A model generated the notes under the pieces. That model had not been told where the DNA came from. It searched no databases and was given only the letters and a program-made list of their open reading frames with translations. DNA of 64,000 bases, taken from contig OX597819.1 of NCBI GenBank assembly GCA_951406725.2, positions 124,310,001 to 124,374,000 on the forward strand. Direction: 5' to 3'. Shown here piece by piece: positions 63,526 to 64,000 of the stretch (position 1 is the first letter of the stretch; every line of letters starts with the position of its first letter). Both the position numbers and the translations under genes were made by a program. The DNA is from Octopus vulgaris. Lineage: Eukaryota.

Positions 63526-63762
63526 GGCGGCGGCGAGCTGGCAGAAACGTTAGCATGCCAGGCGAAATGCGTAGCCGTAATTTCGTCTGCTGTTAGGTTG
63601 TGAGTTCAAATTCCGCTGAGGTCAACTTTGCCTTTCATCCTTTCGGAGTCGATAAATTAAGTACCAGTTACGCACTGGGGTCGATATAATCGACTTAATC
63701 CGTTTGTCTGTCCTTGTTTGTCCACTCTGTGTTTAGCCCCTTGTTGGTAGTAAAGAAATAGG
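63526..63762 (+). mobile_element. SINE family C in RSBN1 intron 4
   Basis: GGCGGCGAGCTGGCAGAAACGTTAGCA head, GAGTTCAAATTCC B-box, TAGTAAAGAAATA end. Confidence 0.85.
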
Positions 63763-63871
63763 TATACCATGATATTAAAACATTATATGAAGTATGACAT
63801 TTGTTTTTTCCTAAATTTTCATTCTTGTAAAACTATCATATAAATCAAAATTCTATTGTTCTGTTTTCTAG

Positions 63872-64000
63872 TGTGTTACCTGGGTGGAGGATGCAAAATT
63901 GAACCAGTTGCATAGAGAAGGTATCCGTTATGCACGTATTCAACTCCGACATAATGATATCTATTTTATCCCAAGGAATGTTGTACACCAGTTCAAAACT
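63872..64000 (+). CDS. RSBN1: RSBN1-like coding exon 5 (runs off the window)
   Basis: [43 protein letters not shown]; ttttcTAG acceptor, phase 0; includes the distal His of the JmjC-type triad. Confidence 0.94.

Overview
AT-rich, repeat-dense animal genomic DNA; the SINE/LINE families and (TA/TG)n load suggest an octopus (inference). It holds two divergently transcribed chromatin genes whose ATGs are about 605 bp apart. One is SET/TAF-I (NAP-family histone chaperone; minus strand, five coding exons from 16005 to 282, acidic tail beyond the left edge). The other is an RSBN1/RSBN1L (KDM9, DPY-21-like JmjC) demethylase (plus strand, five coding exons from 16611 to the right edge). All splice junctions could be phased by hand. 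The rest is intronic transposon debris: Gypsy, CR1-like, RTE, Tc1, Tigger, piggyBac, Helitrons, MITEs, three SINE families, Penelope-like foldbacks and microsatellites. Main observations: SET intron 1 is a ~9.9 kb U12-type (minor spliceosome) GT-AG intron; several hammerhead ribozyme motifs lie in introns, mostly sense to the host pre-mRNA, one inside the U12 intron; the shared promoter has a dyad-symmetric core; a SINE and a LINE share a structured 3' tail; and inverted repeats flank the large RSBN1 exon 2. Nearly all short ORFs in the supplied track are artefacts of repeats. Repeat boundaries were read by eye and are approximate.
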